From the NCBI GenBank assembly GCA_039809865.1, contig JBDHVW010000040.1, positions 2,731 to 66,730 of the forward strand: DNA of 64,000 bases. Reading direction: 5' to 3'. The stretch comes from Vulcanimicrobiota bacterium (GTDB lineage: Bacteria > Vulcanimicrobiota > Xenobia > Xenobiales > QWHO01). A program made the translations under genes and the position numbers. Positions 35,595 to 45,258 of this stretch are shown piece by piece; position 1 is the first letter of the stretch; every line of letters begins with the position of its first letter. A model generated the notes under the pieces. It did no database searches, was not told the DNA's origin, and saw only the letters and a list, made by a program, of their open reading frames with translations.

Positions 35595-36899
35595 CTAGAA
35601 CTGCACCAGCTCGTAGCCGCCTGCGTCGTCGGGCTCCTCCTCATACAACGGCTTGCCCTCGAGCAGGGCGGTCTCCTCCGGCTTTGGCTCGGCCGGCTCG
35701 AGTTTCTCGAGCTCGCGAGGGTCGTAGGCCTCGTGCTGATCCACCAGGTCGAGCATCCCCACGAACTGGCGCAAGAACTGGCGTGGCACCACCCCCACGT
35801 CACCCCGGAACCCCTCGGTTACGCGGCCCACGAGTGCATCGATGACCTCGCGGGAGACCTTCTCCTGCACCCGCTTGTCCCCCCGGTAGAGGTCGCGCAA
35901 GCGAATGGCCACGTTGCGCAGTCGCACCGCGTCGAAGGGACGGAGCTCGAGTTGAGGCTGCCGCAGGTTGACGAAATCGCCCGACTTCTCCAGCTTGACC
36001 CGATCGTGCAGCGGAGCCAGGCCCTGCACTCCTCGACTGGTGTCGAAGAAATCCGGGGTCCCGGTAAAGACCCAGAGCAGACCTTTGAAGCTGTCGCTGG
36101 AGTCGATGATCTGGCGGATCCCGTTGAGCGATTTCTGGCGCGAATCTTTGCGCATGCGCAAGATCGTCTCGGCCTCGTCCACCACGATGACCAGGCCTTT
36201 GTAGCCCGCGGCTTTGATGATCTCGAGGATGCCGTTGAGGTAGTTCATCGCGTCCTGGCTCGAGATGTCCCCCCTCACCTGGGCGCGACTCTTGGCGGCC
36301 GCGGCCACGTTCTGACTGCCACAGAGCCAGGAGAGCAGGGAGCCGGCCTCGGCCAGCTTTCCCTCTTGCTTGAGCTCGAAGATGGCCGTGATAACGCGCA
36401 CCATGTCCTGAGGAACTTTGCCCCGGGTGGCTGACTGCAGGTCGTCCTTCAGCCGCGCCACCACGCGCTGGTCGAAGTCGGGGGCATCCTCATCGGCACC
36501 GGCTGCCAGGAGGCCTTCCTCCACCCGGCCGATCCAGCGGTCCAGGATGTCGCCCAGCGCGGAGCGCTCGCAATAGGCGGTGGAGAGCTCCTGCATGACC
36601 TTGCGATAGAGCTCGTCGAACTTGTAGAAGTGGAGGTCGTTGTCGGACACCACCACGAAGCTGGCGGCGAAATTTCGCTCCAGGGCGTCCAGCATCACCA
36701 GCCGGGACATGAACGTTTTGCCGCAGCCATAGCCGCCTCGCAAGAATTTGAACGCGCCTTCGCCATCCTCGGCGATCTTGAGCTGACGGGCCAGCTCGGC
36801 GCGAGGGCCCTCCACGCCCACGGCAAACGTATCCAGCCCGCGCTGGGGCACCACGCCGGAGCGCAGGCGCTCGAAGATGTGCTCGATATCTTTGGCCAA
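35595..36899 (-). CDS. brxD: BREX ATP-binding protein BrxD
   Basis: LRSGVVPQRGL, RGGYGCGKT, VVDEAE, and GVQGLAPLHDR...NLRQPQ. Confidence 0.9.
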   Translation of the reverse strand: MAKDIEHIFERLRSGVVPQRGLDTFAVGVEGPRAELARQLKIAEDGEGAFKFLRGGYGCGKTFMSRLVMLDALERNFAASFVVVSDNDLHFYKFDELYRKVMQELSTAYCERSALGDILDRWIGRVEEGLLAAGADEDAPDFDQRVVARLKDDLQSATRGKVPQDMVRVITAIFELKQEGKLAEAGSLLSWLCGSQNVAAAAKSRAQVRGDISSQDAMNYLNGILEIIKAAGYKGLVIVVDEAETILRMRKDSRQKSLNGIRQIIDSSDSFKGLLWVFTGTPDFFDTSRGVQGLAPLHDRVKLEKSGDFVNLRQPQLELRPFDAVRLRNVAIRLRDLYRGDKRVQEKVSREVIDALVGRVTEGFRGDVGVVPRQFLRQFVGMLDLVDQHEAYDPRELEKLEPAEPKPEETALLEGKPLYEEEPDDAGGYELVQF

Positions 36900-36908
36900 G
36901 GTGCCTCC

Positions 36909-39707
36909 TCAGTCTTTCAGATAGCGCTTGCCGGCGCCGGTGGTTTCCACGCGGACGCTGAAAGGCAAGTAGCGCAAGAAGGATTCCCATTCGAGGGTGA
37001 AGCGCCGGATGACCGAGCGCCTCTCCAGGATCGTCCGGACCTCGGCCTCTTCGATACTGGCGAACTTCTCGATGTGCTGGAAGACGCGCACGATGGCCGG
37101 CTCGTCGAAGTGGTCCACCCAGGAAAGCGCCTCGGGAGTCGCGGCCGGGGCCGGCCCGGTGGCGATCACATCGAAGAATTCTGCCAACGGGAGAGCCTCG
37201 ACGTTCTCGGTGCCGTCCGGATGGTAAAGCTCGAGGTGCACTCGGGCAGCTCCACTGCCCTGGAGCTTGAAGAACACTTCGGCTTCCTGACCGAGCTCCA
37301 GGTGCAGCTGCTGGTTGACGAGCCGGGCGCCCTGCGCCTGCTGGATCAGGACCTCGACCTTTTCCGCCCCGCGCACCCGCAGCGCGATCGGCAAAACGGG
37401 CGGCACGGCGTAGCCCAGGACCCCCTCGGAAACATCCTGAAGCGTGACTCTGAGCCGGCTGTAGTCCATGAACGGAGCCAGCACCTGGGCCGCGAGCCGA
37501 TAGCGGGCCAGCCCGAACGACGCCGGTCCCGTCCGATAGGAGACGCTGAGCACGGGAATGACGCGCTCTTGCAGGCTGTTCCCCCCGTGAACGAAGGTGC
37601 TGGCGCCGGTCACCTTCCTCTTGAACACCCGGCTGTCGCGCAGGAACATCAGGTGCCCTTCGGCATTCCCGTAATTGAGCGAACGGAGAGGCACCGTGGC
37701 CATCGATTCGTCCCGGATGGGAGTATCGGTCAGGATGAAGCGGCGGTCGACCTCTCCCCCGTGATAGGTGCACGGCTCGCGCGAATCGTCCAGCAGGAGG
37801 AAGCCGTGGTCGGAGGAGATCACGAACTCGTCCACGCCCGCATTGCGCAGATGCTGAACGGCCGAGCGTAGCTGGCCCAGCCAGCGGTCATAGGTGGCGA
37901 GGCCGATGTCCGACTCGCCGGACTCGTCGATCTCCCGGCTGTGGACCACGATCAGGGCGGCACTCTTGACCTGTTTGGCCAGCTTCTCGGGAGCGGTGTT
38001 GATCACGTCGAGCAGGGTCAACCGCAAGGGAGTACGGCGGGAGCCGCTGTGCAGACTCAGGCTGCGCTCGCCCATGGCGCGCACTCGCTGCTCGGTGTTT
38101 CGCACCGAGTATTCACCCGCCCGAAAGCCGTTGAAGGGCTTGTTGTCCAGCATCAGGTTGCCGTCTCGGGAAACCGGAGCCAGCACGTTCATTCCCACCG
38201 CCGTGATGCTGGGCAGCTCGGAGTAACGGGCCTTCAAGTGGACCTGACCCTCGAGCTGCTCGGCCAGCTCCACCGCCATCTCGAAGCGCAAGGCGTCCAC
38301 CATGAAGAACGCCACGCGCCCGTCCGCGCTCTGGGTCATCGGATGCACGACCTGCTCGTAGAGCTGCCGCTGCTGGAGCAGGGGGGGTGGCAAGAATCCA
38401 TGCTCGCTGCAGAGGTCGGAGAAGGCGGCCGTCAATTCGTCCAGCCAGTCCCGGTAACGGCGGCGCACCTGGCTGCAGGCCCCCTCCAGTCCCGTGAAAT
38501 GGGGCAGCTGGGGATTGAGGAGCTGCATCCTCTCCTGCTCGAAGTGGCGGTGAGAGCGGTCCACGGCCTGGGCGCCGCCGGGGCCGGTGTAACGTTCCAG
38601 CGCGTCCTCCAGGCTGCGCGCGCCCCGCAGGGGTTGACGGCAATCGACCAGGGACTTGCCCAGGCGGGCGGCGCTCTGGACCAGGCTCCATTCCTGGCGT
38701 CGAAACAGGTCTCGTTGCACCCAGACCGAGGGGGCTTCCAGGCGTGCCGTCGACCAGGTCAGGGCCTGGCCCCAATTCTCGTCCTGCAGGCAGGCCACCG
38801 CGGCCTCGAGCAGGCGCGTGTCCTCACGGCTGAACGTGTCGATCTTGCCCAGCTCCTCGGCGGTTCCCGCCTGCAGCTCCGGCTCCAGCAGGGTCTCCGT
38901 CTCCAGAGCGTAGGCTCGATACGATTCCGGAAAGCGGTCTCGCAGGTGATTCACCAGCGCCAGACTGGTCTTCTTGAGGGGCGCCGACAGCGTGGCCAGA
39001 GGGCGCAGCTCCGGCATCTGGGGAGCACGGCCCAGGTCGTTGACGTACTCCACCACCAGCAGCCACCCGACCCAGGTTTCCGTCAGGCTGCGCAAGCTCG
39101 GCTCGAGACCGAAGAACTCTTCGAACTCGGGGGAGAGCCCCGTGTGCCGGGCCAGAAACCGGCGCAAAGTCTCGCGGTCCTCCGGCTTCTGAATCTGGCG
39201 AACCAGCTCACCGGCCGGTCCCACGAGGCCGTCCAACACCCACTCGGGCTGCAAGGACTTGAGGAAGTCGTCCTCGGGGCTGAAGCCCTCCAGCCAGCGC
39301 TCGGCCTCGTCCAGCGTGTAGCCACCGCGGGCGAGAAACCGCTCGGTCTCGGCCGGGGGGACGCGGCCGGCGGCGACCTCCCGAACCAGCGTATCCAGGG
39401 ACCGTTCGAAACGGGTTCCGGCGCGATAGGCCTCCAGCAGCGGGGTCTGGCGGATGGAGGTCTCGTTATGCCCGGGCACGTGGACCAGCAAGGGGGCTGG
39501 GTCGAGCCCTTCGTGCAGGTTCTCGAGCGCCAGCATGGATTCGAGAAAGCTCCCCCGAAAGGCGACCACGGGCGCGAAAAAATCGTTCCGCTCCAGCAGG
39601 CGGTCCACGAACGGAGTGTAGACGCCCTCCTTGTCGAGCCAGAGGACGAGCCCGCGCTCGCGCAGGCGCCCGGTGATCTGCTTTTCCAGAGTGGCGGTCA
39701 GGCTCAT
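36909..39707 (-). CDS. pglZ: BREX PglZ (alkaline-phosphatase-fold) protein
   Basis: FMVDALRFE, LPSITAVGM, ISSDHGF and FVHGGNSLQERVIP. The ATG at 39707 overlaps the brxC stop. Confidence 0.92.
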   Translation of the reverse strand: MSLTATLEKQITGRLRERGLVLWLDKEGVYTPFVDRLLERNDFFAPVVAFRGSFLESMLALENLHEGLDPAPLLVHVPGHNETSIRQTPLLEAYRAGTRFERSLDTLVREVAAGRVPPAETERFLARGGYTLDEAERWLEGFSPEDDFLKSLQPEWVLDGLVGPAGELVRQIQKPEDRETLRRFLARHTGLSPEFEEFFGLEPSLRSLTETWVGWLLVVEYVNDLGRAPQMPELRPLATLSAPLKKTSLALVNHLRDRFPESYRAYALETETLLEPELQAGTAEELGKIDTFSREDTRLLEAAVACLQDENWGQALTWSTARLEAPSVWVQRDLFRRQEWSLVQSAARLGKSLVDCRQPLRGARSLEDALERYTGPGGAQAVDRSHRHFEQERMQLLNPQLPHFTGLEGACSQVRRRYRDWLDELTAAFSDLCSEHGFLPPPLLQQRQLYEQVVHPMTQSADGRVAFFMVDALRFEMAVELAEQLEGQVHLKARYSELPSITAVGMNVLAPVSRDGNLMLDNKPFNGFRAGEYSVRNTEQRVRAMGERSLSLHSGSRRTPLRLTLLDVINTAPEKLAKQVKSAALIVVHSREIDESGESDIGLATYDRWLGQLRSAVQHLRNAGVDEFVISSDHGFLLLDDSREPCTYHGGEVDRRFILTDTPIRDESMATVPLRSLNYGNAEGHLMFLRDSRVFKRKVTGASTFVHGGNSLQERVIPVLSVSYRTGPASFGLARYRLAAQVLAPFMDYSRLRVTLQDVSEGVLGYAVPPVLPIALRVRGAEKVEVLIQQAQGARLVNQQLHLELGQEAEVFFKLQGSGAARVHLELYHPDGTENVEALPLAEFFDVIATGPAPAATPEALSWVDHFDEPAIVRVFQHIEKFASIEEAEVRTILERRSVIRRFTLEWESFLRYLPFSVRVETTGAGKRYLKD

Positions 39708-42700
39708 GAGACGATCCGAACCCGGATCCCAGGTTTCAATTGGGCTGTCAGGCGTTCGCGCACCTGGGCCAGCCAGGCGTCCACCTCGGCCACGTCGGAG
39801 AACTCCTGGCCGGTGGTGCGCAACTTCACTGGGACCACATGCACGTGCTCGAGGATCTCGTCTAGACGCCGGTTGCAATCTTCCTCGGCCTCCTCGAGGC
39901 GGTTGGGAACCGAGTCGCGCAGGAAGGCCAGGCCCGGTTGAGTCGCCTCGGGGCTGGTCTCGCACCGGCTCTCGCGCAAGGGGCGCAGCACGTGATCGGC
40001 CTGCTCGGGCGTGAGACTGCTGAAACCGGCTCGCAACACGACCCGCCCGCGAAGCTCCTCGTAGAGTTCTTCCTGGTGTCGCAAGTAGTCTGCGCGGACT
40101 TCGCGGTAGCGAGCCTGGATGCGGTCGGCTGACTGCTGGAGCTCTCCCAGGTCTTTCCAGGGTTGACTGGCCTCGAGTTGCCGGTCCAGAGCGACCCAAT
40201 CGGCGGCCAGCTGCTGCTCGAAACCGACCTGGCTCAGTTGCTCGAATTCGATGGTGCGAACCCGGTTCAGATGGTTGAGCTCTTTGAGGGCGAGCTCGGT
40301 CAGGTCGTTCAGGTAGTCGTTGAGCAGGTGCAGTCCGTCCGCGAGCTCGTTGAGGTGCTGCTTGACCGTAAGGAGAGTGTCCTCGACCAGCCGCGAGCTG
40401 ACACACTTGGCCAGAACGGTCTGCAGGCGATCGAGAGCCGGGGGCACGTCGGGTTGCCGGGGAAGCCGGTTGAACCGTCTCTGCAGCTCGCGCAACCGCT
40501 CGGCCTGGGCCGGAAAGTGCTTGAAAATGGCATCCGCCAGATGTTCGTTCTCGGGGTCCGTCTCCAGGCTCAGTTTGCTCTGTAAGAATTTATGGATGGC
40601 GATGCGGTCACGGCCCGTGAAAACTTCGGAGGCCGGAAAGATGTCGGCCGCTTTGAAATCCTTGTCCTTGCGGAACAGGTCCTGGACATCGGGGTCGTTG
40701 ACGGACGTGATCTTGGTGCCCGAGGAGCGCAAGAAGACCAGGCTGCCACGCAACAAACCCAGCACGCAAGCGCGCACGACGTCGGGAGCGTAGCCGCAAG
40801 GCGGACCTCCGAATTCGCTCAGGAGGTTGGCGCCGGTGACCCCGCTCTGGGCTGCGATGTGCTCGCGAATCTTGGTCGGCACCTCGCCCTTGCAGGTGGC
40901 CCGATAGCGGCCCGAGTCCAATTCGAGAATCCCCAGTCCCTTGACGAACTTGTCGCTCACGCCGCTCAGGTTGTAGTCCAGCAGTTGCTTCATGTCGCCT
41001 TCGGTGATGGCCAGGTCCAGGTAGTGAGGGTACAGCCCGGGCAGGGCTTCCTCTGCGGCCGACTGCACGACACTGGCGAAATTCCGCGCGTAATTCTCCC
41101 GTGACAGCTTGCGGGCGCGAAAGTAGAGCTCGCCCTCGAGGTAGCACTCGGCGACCAGGCGGGCGACCTCCTCCTCGAGATGGTCGAGCCGGGTCTGCTC
41201 GTCGTAGACGAAACGCCTCTTGGTCTCCGGCAGAGACTGCAGGCGCGGCGCATAACGCCCCACGATGTGCTGGGAGCGCACCAGCTCACGCGTCTTCGCC
41301 TCGAGGGCGGCGGCCGGGCCGTTGACCCAGATCAGACGGTTCCGGCGCAGTCCGGAGTCGCTTTCTTTGAGCCAGTTCTCTTCCTTGCGGTCCTCCTGAC
41401 GCGTCAGGAAGTGAAAATCGAAGGCCACCACAGCCGCGTCATTGGGGGCCAGCAAGCGTTCGTCGCGGGCGCCCTGCCCATAACTGAAGCTGGCCGCCAG
41501 CGGGAAGGGGCGGTTTTTGAATTTGGGGCGTCCCGCCTGGCCCAGGAGGTCGCGCAGCTTCTCGCGCACCAGGTCGCTGATCGCCTGGCTGGTGACTCCG
41601 TAGGAATCGCGCTCGCGCGACCACTCCTGGCCGGCCGAGCTCTGAATCTTGTAGCCCGTCTTCTCGGAACGGGACAAGAACCCGAGCTCGTTGAGCTTCT
41701 CCAGGGCCCGGCTGATGGCTTCGACCTGACTGCCGGCCCCCAGGCGCGCGTAGAGACAGCTGGCCACCAGCTCGGGGGTGGTCGGCTCCAGGTCCTGGAT
41801 CAGCTCGAGCAACGCCACGGCCTTGGCCACCTTGACGGCCAGCTCATCCCGCGAGAGCTCCTCGTGATTCCCCAGCCGGGCCATCGTGTTCTGCACGTCG
41901 GCGTCCAGGGCGGTGTATTGGACGTCGTAGATCTGGTCGATCGTCAGGAGGCTCCCCAGGGGCTGCTGCCCCAGCTTCAGCTCCCGAAACAGCTCGCCCA
42001 GCAGCTGCAACAGGCCGCGGATGGCGTGATCGTCCCCCTTCACTCGGGTGGAGCGAGCTCGAAGATTGCTGGTAATCTGCATCAGGAGGTCGACCTGGCC
42101 GGGCAGCATCGGATAGACTTCGAGGAAATCGAGATCCGTGATGCCGTCGCACTTGTAGCCATAGAGCTGGAGGTCGGGACGGTGCTGATCGAACAGCTCC
42201 TTGAGCTCCTTCACTTTGTCGGGAGCCTTCTTCAGCAGACGCTTGTGGACCACGTCGCGGATGTTGGTGGGCGCCAGGTGCACTCGCAAGCGGGGCGGGA
42301 AGCGGTCTTTCAGTTTGGCGATGTTGCTGCCCTCGAGGTCCTCCTCGAGCTTCTGCTGGCCGGTCGCCAGCAACCACACCCGGCCCTTGAGCCGCTGCCC
42401 CAGCGCAGCCACAAAGCTCTGGAGCTTGAGCATGCGGTTCTCGTTGGCGTGGATGTACTGGCTCACCTCGTCGACCACCAGGAAGAGCGTCTTTCCGGGG
42501 GCCCGGAAGCCCAGCATCGACTCGAGGTCGCGCACCGTCTCGTCCACCGACGTTCCAGCGCCGGTCTTGTCGCCGGTGCGGATGTCGAGCCAGGACACCG
42601 GGTCCTCGTAACGGGTGGGGAACATCTCGTGCATGACCTCGGAGAAATGATCCTCGGCCAGACTCTCCCTGCGGGCCTGCTGCCAGGGCTTGCCGAGCGT

Positions 42701-43309
42701 CTTCTCGGCCATCTGGAGGAACTCCGGATACTTGCCGTCCTGCTCGAGCTTGAGCTCGAAGTCGGCCACGGAATGGCTCTGGGGGCAATACTCCAGCCGC
42801 TCCTGCAGCTGCCGCTTGACTGCGCTATGGATGTGCTCGTCATCGCGAGCCACCGCCCCGATGTCGAAAACGACCGCGAGCGGGTCCACCTTTGCCCGCA
42901 TCTTCTCCCAGGAGGACCGGAGCTCGTGCTTGAGCGGAGAATCGTCCCGGCTCAACAGCGCCTCGGCCAGACTGCGCCCGTCGGGAAGCTGCCGGTTGTC
43001 CAGAGCCAGTCCCAGGAGCTTGGCGAAGCTACTCTTGCCCGAGCCGTAGAAGCCCGAGATCCAGCACGCCGGAAGCTCCGAGCCTCCCTTCTTGTCCAGC
43101 TCGGCGGCCAGAGCTTCCAGCAGGTGCACATACTGCTCGTGGATGCCGTCCTTGATCTTCTTGCGACGGTCGTCTCCCTCGGCATAGCCTCCGGTGATGA
43201 TGTACTCGCCGACCTCGGCCTCGAGCTTCTCGGGCTTCTGCTCGTGGAAGTAGATCACGGGTGGGATATCGCGGGTTACGTCGGCTTGGAAGATCTCCGA
43301 GATCAGCAT
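39704..43309 (-). CDS. brxC: BREX P-loop ATPase BrxC
   Basis: IFQADVTRDIPPVI, WISGFYGSGKS, VVDEVSQY, ATGQQ and KLKDRF. Confidence 0.92.
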   Translation of the reverse strand: MLISEIFQADVTRDIPPVIYFHEQKPEKLEAEVGEYIITGGYAEGDDRRKKIKDGIHEQYVHLLEALAAELDKKGGSELPACWISGFYGSGKSSFAKLLGLALDNRQLPDGRSLAEALLSRDDSPLKHELRSSWEKMRAKVDPLAVVFDIGAVARDDEHIHSAVKRQLQERLEYCPQSHSVADFELKLEQDGKYPEFLQMAEKTLGKPWQQARRESLAEDHFSEVMHEMFPTRYEDPVSWLDIRTGDKTGAGTSVDETVRDLESMLGFRAPGKTLFLVVDEVSQYIHANENRMLKLQSFVAALGQRLKGRVWLLATGQQKLEEDLEGSNIAKLKDRFPPRLRVHLAPTNIRDVVHKRLLKKAPDKVKELKELFDQHRPDLQLYGYKCDGITDLDFLEVYPMLPGQVDLLMQITSNLRARSTRVKGDDHAIRGLLQLLGELFRELKLGQQPLGSLLTIDQIYDVQYTALDADVQNTMARLGNHEELSRDELAVKVAKAVALLELIQDLEPTTPELVASCLYARLGAGSQVEAISRALEKLNELGFLSRSEKTGYKIQSSAGQEWSRERDSYGVTSQAISDLVREKLRDLLGQAGRPKFKNRPFPLAASFSYGQGARDERLLAPNDAAVVAFDFHFLTRQEDRKEENWLKESDSGLRRNRLIWVNGPAAALEAKTRELVRSQHIVGRYAPRLQSLPETKRRFVYDEQTRLDHLEEEVARLVAECYLEGELYFRARKLSRENYARNFASVVQSAAEEALPGLYPHYLDLAITEGDMKQLLDYNLSGVSDKFVKGLGILELDSGRYRATCKGEVPTKIREHIAAQSGVTGANLLSEFGGPPCGYAPDVVRACVLGLLRGSLVFLRSSGTKITSVNDPDVQDLFRKDKDFKAADIFPASEVFTGRDRIAIHKFLQSKLSLETDPENEHLADAIFKHFPAQAERLRELQRRFNRLPRQPDVPPALDRLQTVLAKCVSSRLVEDTLLTVKQHLNELADGLHLLNDYLNDLTELALKELNHLNRVRTIEFEQLSQVGFEQQLAADWVALDRQLEASQPWKDLGELQQSADRIQARYREVRADYLRHQEELYEELRGRVVLRAGFSSLTPEQADHVLRPLRESRCETSPEATQPGLAFLRDSVPNRLEEAEEDCNRRLDEILEHVHVVPVKLRTTGQEFSDVAEVDAWLAQVRERLTAQLKPGIRVRIVS

Positions 43310-43310
43310 C

Positions 43311-43940
43311 CTAAAACGCCTCCGAGGAATAAATGCGGGGCCGATAGTCTCGGTCCGGCTCGAACTCATCCATGAAACTGAGCGCCGTCTTGTCGCGCTG
43401 TACTCCGGGATAGAGCAGGACGACCGGAATTTGCCGGGTCTTTCCATCGAGATGCTTGAGCAGGGTGGAGGAGCGGTAGAACGGATAGAGTGCGCCCACG
43501 CGCTTGATCCAGATCAGCGTTTTCTCGGTGTCGTGGGGTTGCGTGTCGGCAAACTGCTCGATGATGCGCACCACGTCAGCCGCCAGGCCCTCTTCCCCCG
43601 AGATCAGCTTGCCGACCTGGTCCTTGACGCGGTTGAGGGCTCGCTCGGGGTCGCGCTCGAACTGACGCTTCTCGGTGGCGATCAACTTATCCAGAGACTC
43701 CACGCCTTTGAGCCGTTGCAGGAAAAGGCGCTGCATCGAGATTTCGAGCACATTCCAACCTCTGAGCTTGAGGTCGTCCGAGAGCTGGCGCACCCTTTTG
43801 CGCAGGTCAAACTCGGCCTCCGGCCCGTAGGGCAGAATCGCAAAGCGGTAGTTGCGCATGGTCGAAATGCGCGGCCCCTCGTCGGCCAGCAGATCGCGCT
43901 TCAAGGCCTCGAAGGCATGCGACAAACCCGTGGCACTCAC
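43311..43940 (-). CDS. brxB: BREX protein BrxB (DUF1788)
   Basis: FAILPYGPEAEF, VGALYPFYR, PVVLLYPG and YRPRIY. The GTG overlaps the brxA stop. Confidence 0.88.
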   Translation of the reverse strand: MSATGLSHAFEALKRDLLADEGPRISTMRNYRFAILPYGPEAEFDLRKRVRQLSDDLKLRGWNVLEISMQRLFLQRLKGVESLDKLIATEKRQFERDPERALNRVKDQVGKLISGEEGLAADVVRIIEQFADTQPHDTEKTLIWIKRVGALYPFYRSSTLLKHLDGKTRQIPVVLLYPGVQRDKTALSFMDEFEPDRDYRPRIYSSEAF

Positions 43941-44686
43941 GAGAGCACCTCCTCGGCCCAACTGGCCAGGTCGGGATGCTCGAACTCGAGCTCGTGGACA
44001 TTGCCCATTCGTGCGAATCGCACATAGGGCAGCTTCCTGACGCGCGACTCCCATTCCAGGGGGTCGATTCCGACCGAGCCTAGATAGGGGTTGTCTCGCA
44101 GGCTTCCCTGAAAGTGAATCCCGCGCAGCAAGTGCATCAGGTAACCGAGCGCCCGGTCGCTGACGCGCGGCAGCTTCAGGCTGCGCGAAGTCTTGTTGCC
44201 CTCGCATAGACCTGCCTCCGTGGCGCAGGACAGGAGGCCGGCCGCCATGCGCTGACTGGTGGAGGGGGCCCAACGTCCCTCCGTCTTGCGGTCGACAAAG
44301 CGGACCGTGGTCGTGCGGTCGATTGTCGGAGTCGGATGGGCGCGCCGCTGGGGGAGCACGCTACCTGAAAATTCGCGGTACAGGGGATCGGAAAGCTGCA
44401 CATGCCAGTGGCAGAGCAGGGCGCGTTCGCGGGGCTCGGCCGGGTCCCAGCGATGCAAGACCGCCCGGGCCGGAGGAAAAGCGTCGAATCGGTGGGAGAA
44501 GTTGAGCAGCAGGTAGCGCACGCGGGCCATCGCGCGACTCCCGAACCAGCGCTCCTCGAAAGCAGTCTCGACCCCTTCGCGCTCGGGACGTTGCCAGTAA
44601 GCCCGGCTATCTTCGGCCGCCAGCCCCAGGCGCAGCAGGCGGGTGTGGATCTCGGTGGTTTCGGACGGTTTCTCCAGCGCGATCAC
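43937..44686 (-). CDS. brxA: BREX protein BrxA (DUF1819)
   Basis: HTRLLRLGL, CHWHVQLSDPLYREF and WAPSTSQRMAAGLL, positioned between brxE and brxB. Confidence 0.82.
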   Translation of the reverse strand: MIALEKPSETTEIHTRLLRLGLAAEDSRAYWQRPEREGVETAFEERWFGSRAMARVRYLLLNFSHRFDAFPPARAVLHRWDPAEPRERALLCHWHVQLSDPLYREFSGSVLPQRRAHPTPTIDRTTTVRFVDRKTEGRWAPSTSQRMAAGLLSCATEAGLCEGNKTSRSLKLPRVSDRALGYLMHLLRGIHFQGSLRDNPYLGSVGIDPLEWESRVRKLPYVRFARMGNVHELEFEHPDLASWAEEVLS

Positions 44687-45237
44687 AGGCGGTAGAACGG
44701 TGCTGGGTAGGTTTGGGGGAAGGGCAGATGCGCGCCCGCCAGGCGAAGGCAAGCCTCGGCGAGGTCTTCCGGCATCGGGCCCGGCAATTCGCGACCGGTC
44801 GAGCGTAATTCGTAGGGCGGCTGCTGCAGAGCGCTCTCCAGGGCGGCACGGTCGAACCGGGCCGAGGGACGGAGGTCGATTGGCAGCGACAGCGCCGCCT
44901 CGGGCTCCGCCTGGCTCAATTTGAGCTCGCGGATGCGCTCGCCGAGTTTCTCGTCCACTTCAAAGCCCCAGAAGTAAAGAGAACGCAGGCCATCGGGGTG
45001 GCCCGTGGCGTTCCTCGCCTTGAGATCGGCCAGGAAGGCCGCCCGGCGGACAGCCTCTAAAGCCGCCCAACGATGCGTTCGGGGGAGAAGGCGCTGCATG
45101 AAATTGCCTCCCCCATCTTCGTCCACCAGATCTGTGCGCCACCACTTCAGGCGAGGAGACTCGCCCGCCCACGCCAGCGCGAATTGCCAGGCGAGAATCT
45201 GATCGATCGTCTTGCGGGGAATGGCGGTGAGCTCCAT
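44683..45237 (-). CDS. brxE: BREX type-6 protein BrxE
   Basis: QFALAWAGE..RLKWWRTDLVDEDGGG...LPRTHRWAALEAVR, and C-terminal YPAPFYRL. Confidence 0.82.
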   Translation of the reverse strand: MELTAIPRKTIDQILAWQFALAWAGESPRLKWWRTDLVDEDGGGNFMQRLLPRTHRWAALEAVRRAAFLADLKARNATGHPDGLRSLYFWGFEVDEKLGERIRELKLSQAEPEAALSLPIDLRPSARFDRAALESALQQPPYELRSTGRELPGPMPEDLAEACLRLAGAHLPFPQTYPAPFYRL

Positions 45238-45258
45238 TCTGCGCGGTTCGCGCCGGAT

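Noticed and set aside
39708-40406. Long N-terminal extensions in the ORF track for pglZ (also asnS, addA, brxA, brxB, ndh, LivJ, GrpE-like, Hsp70-like)
   Set aside because: They overlap upstream genes in another frame and are low-complexity. Coupled start codons at the stop overlaps fit better.
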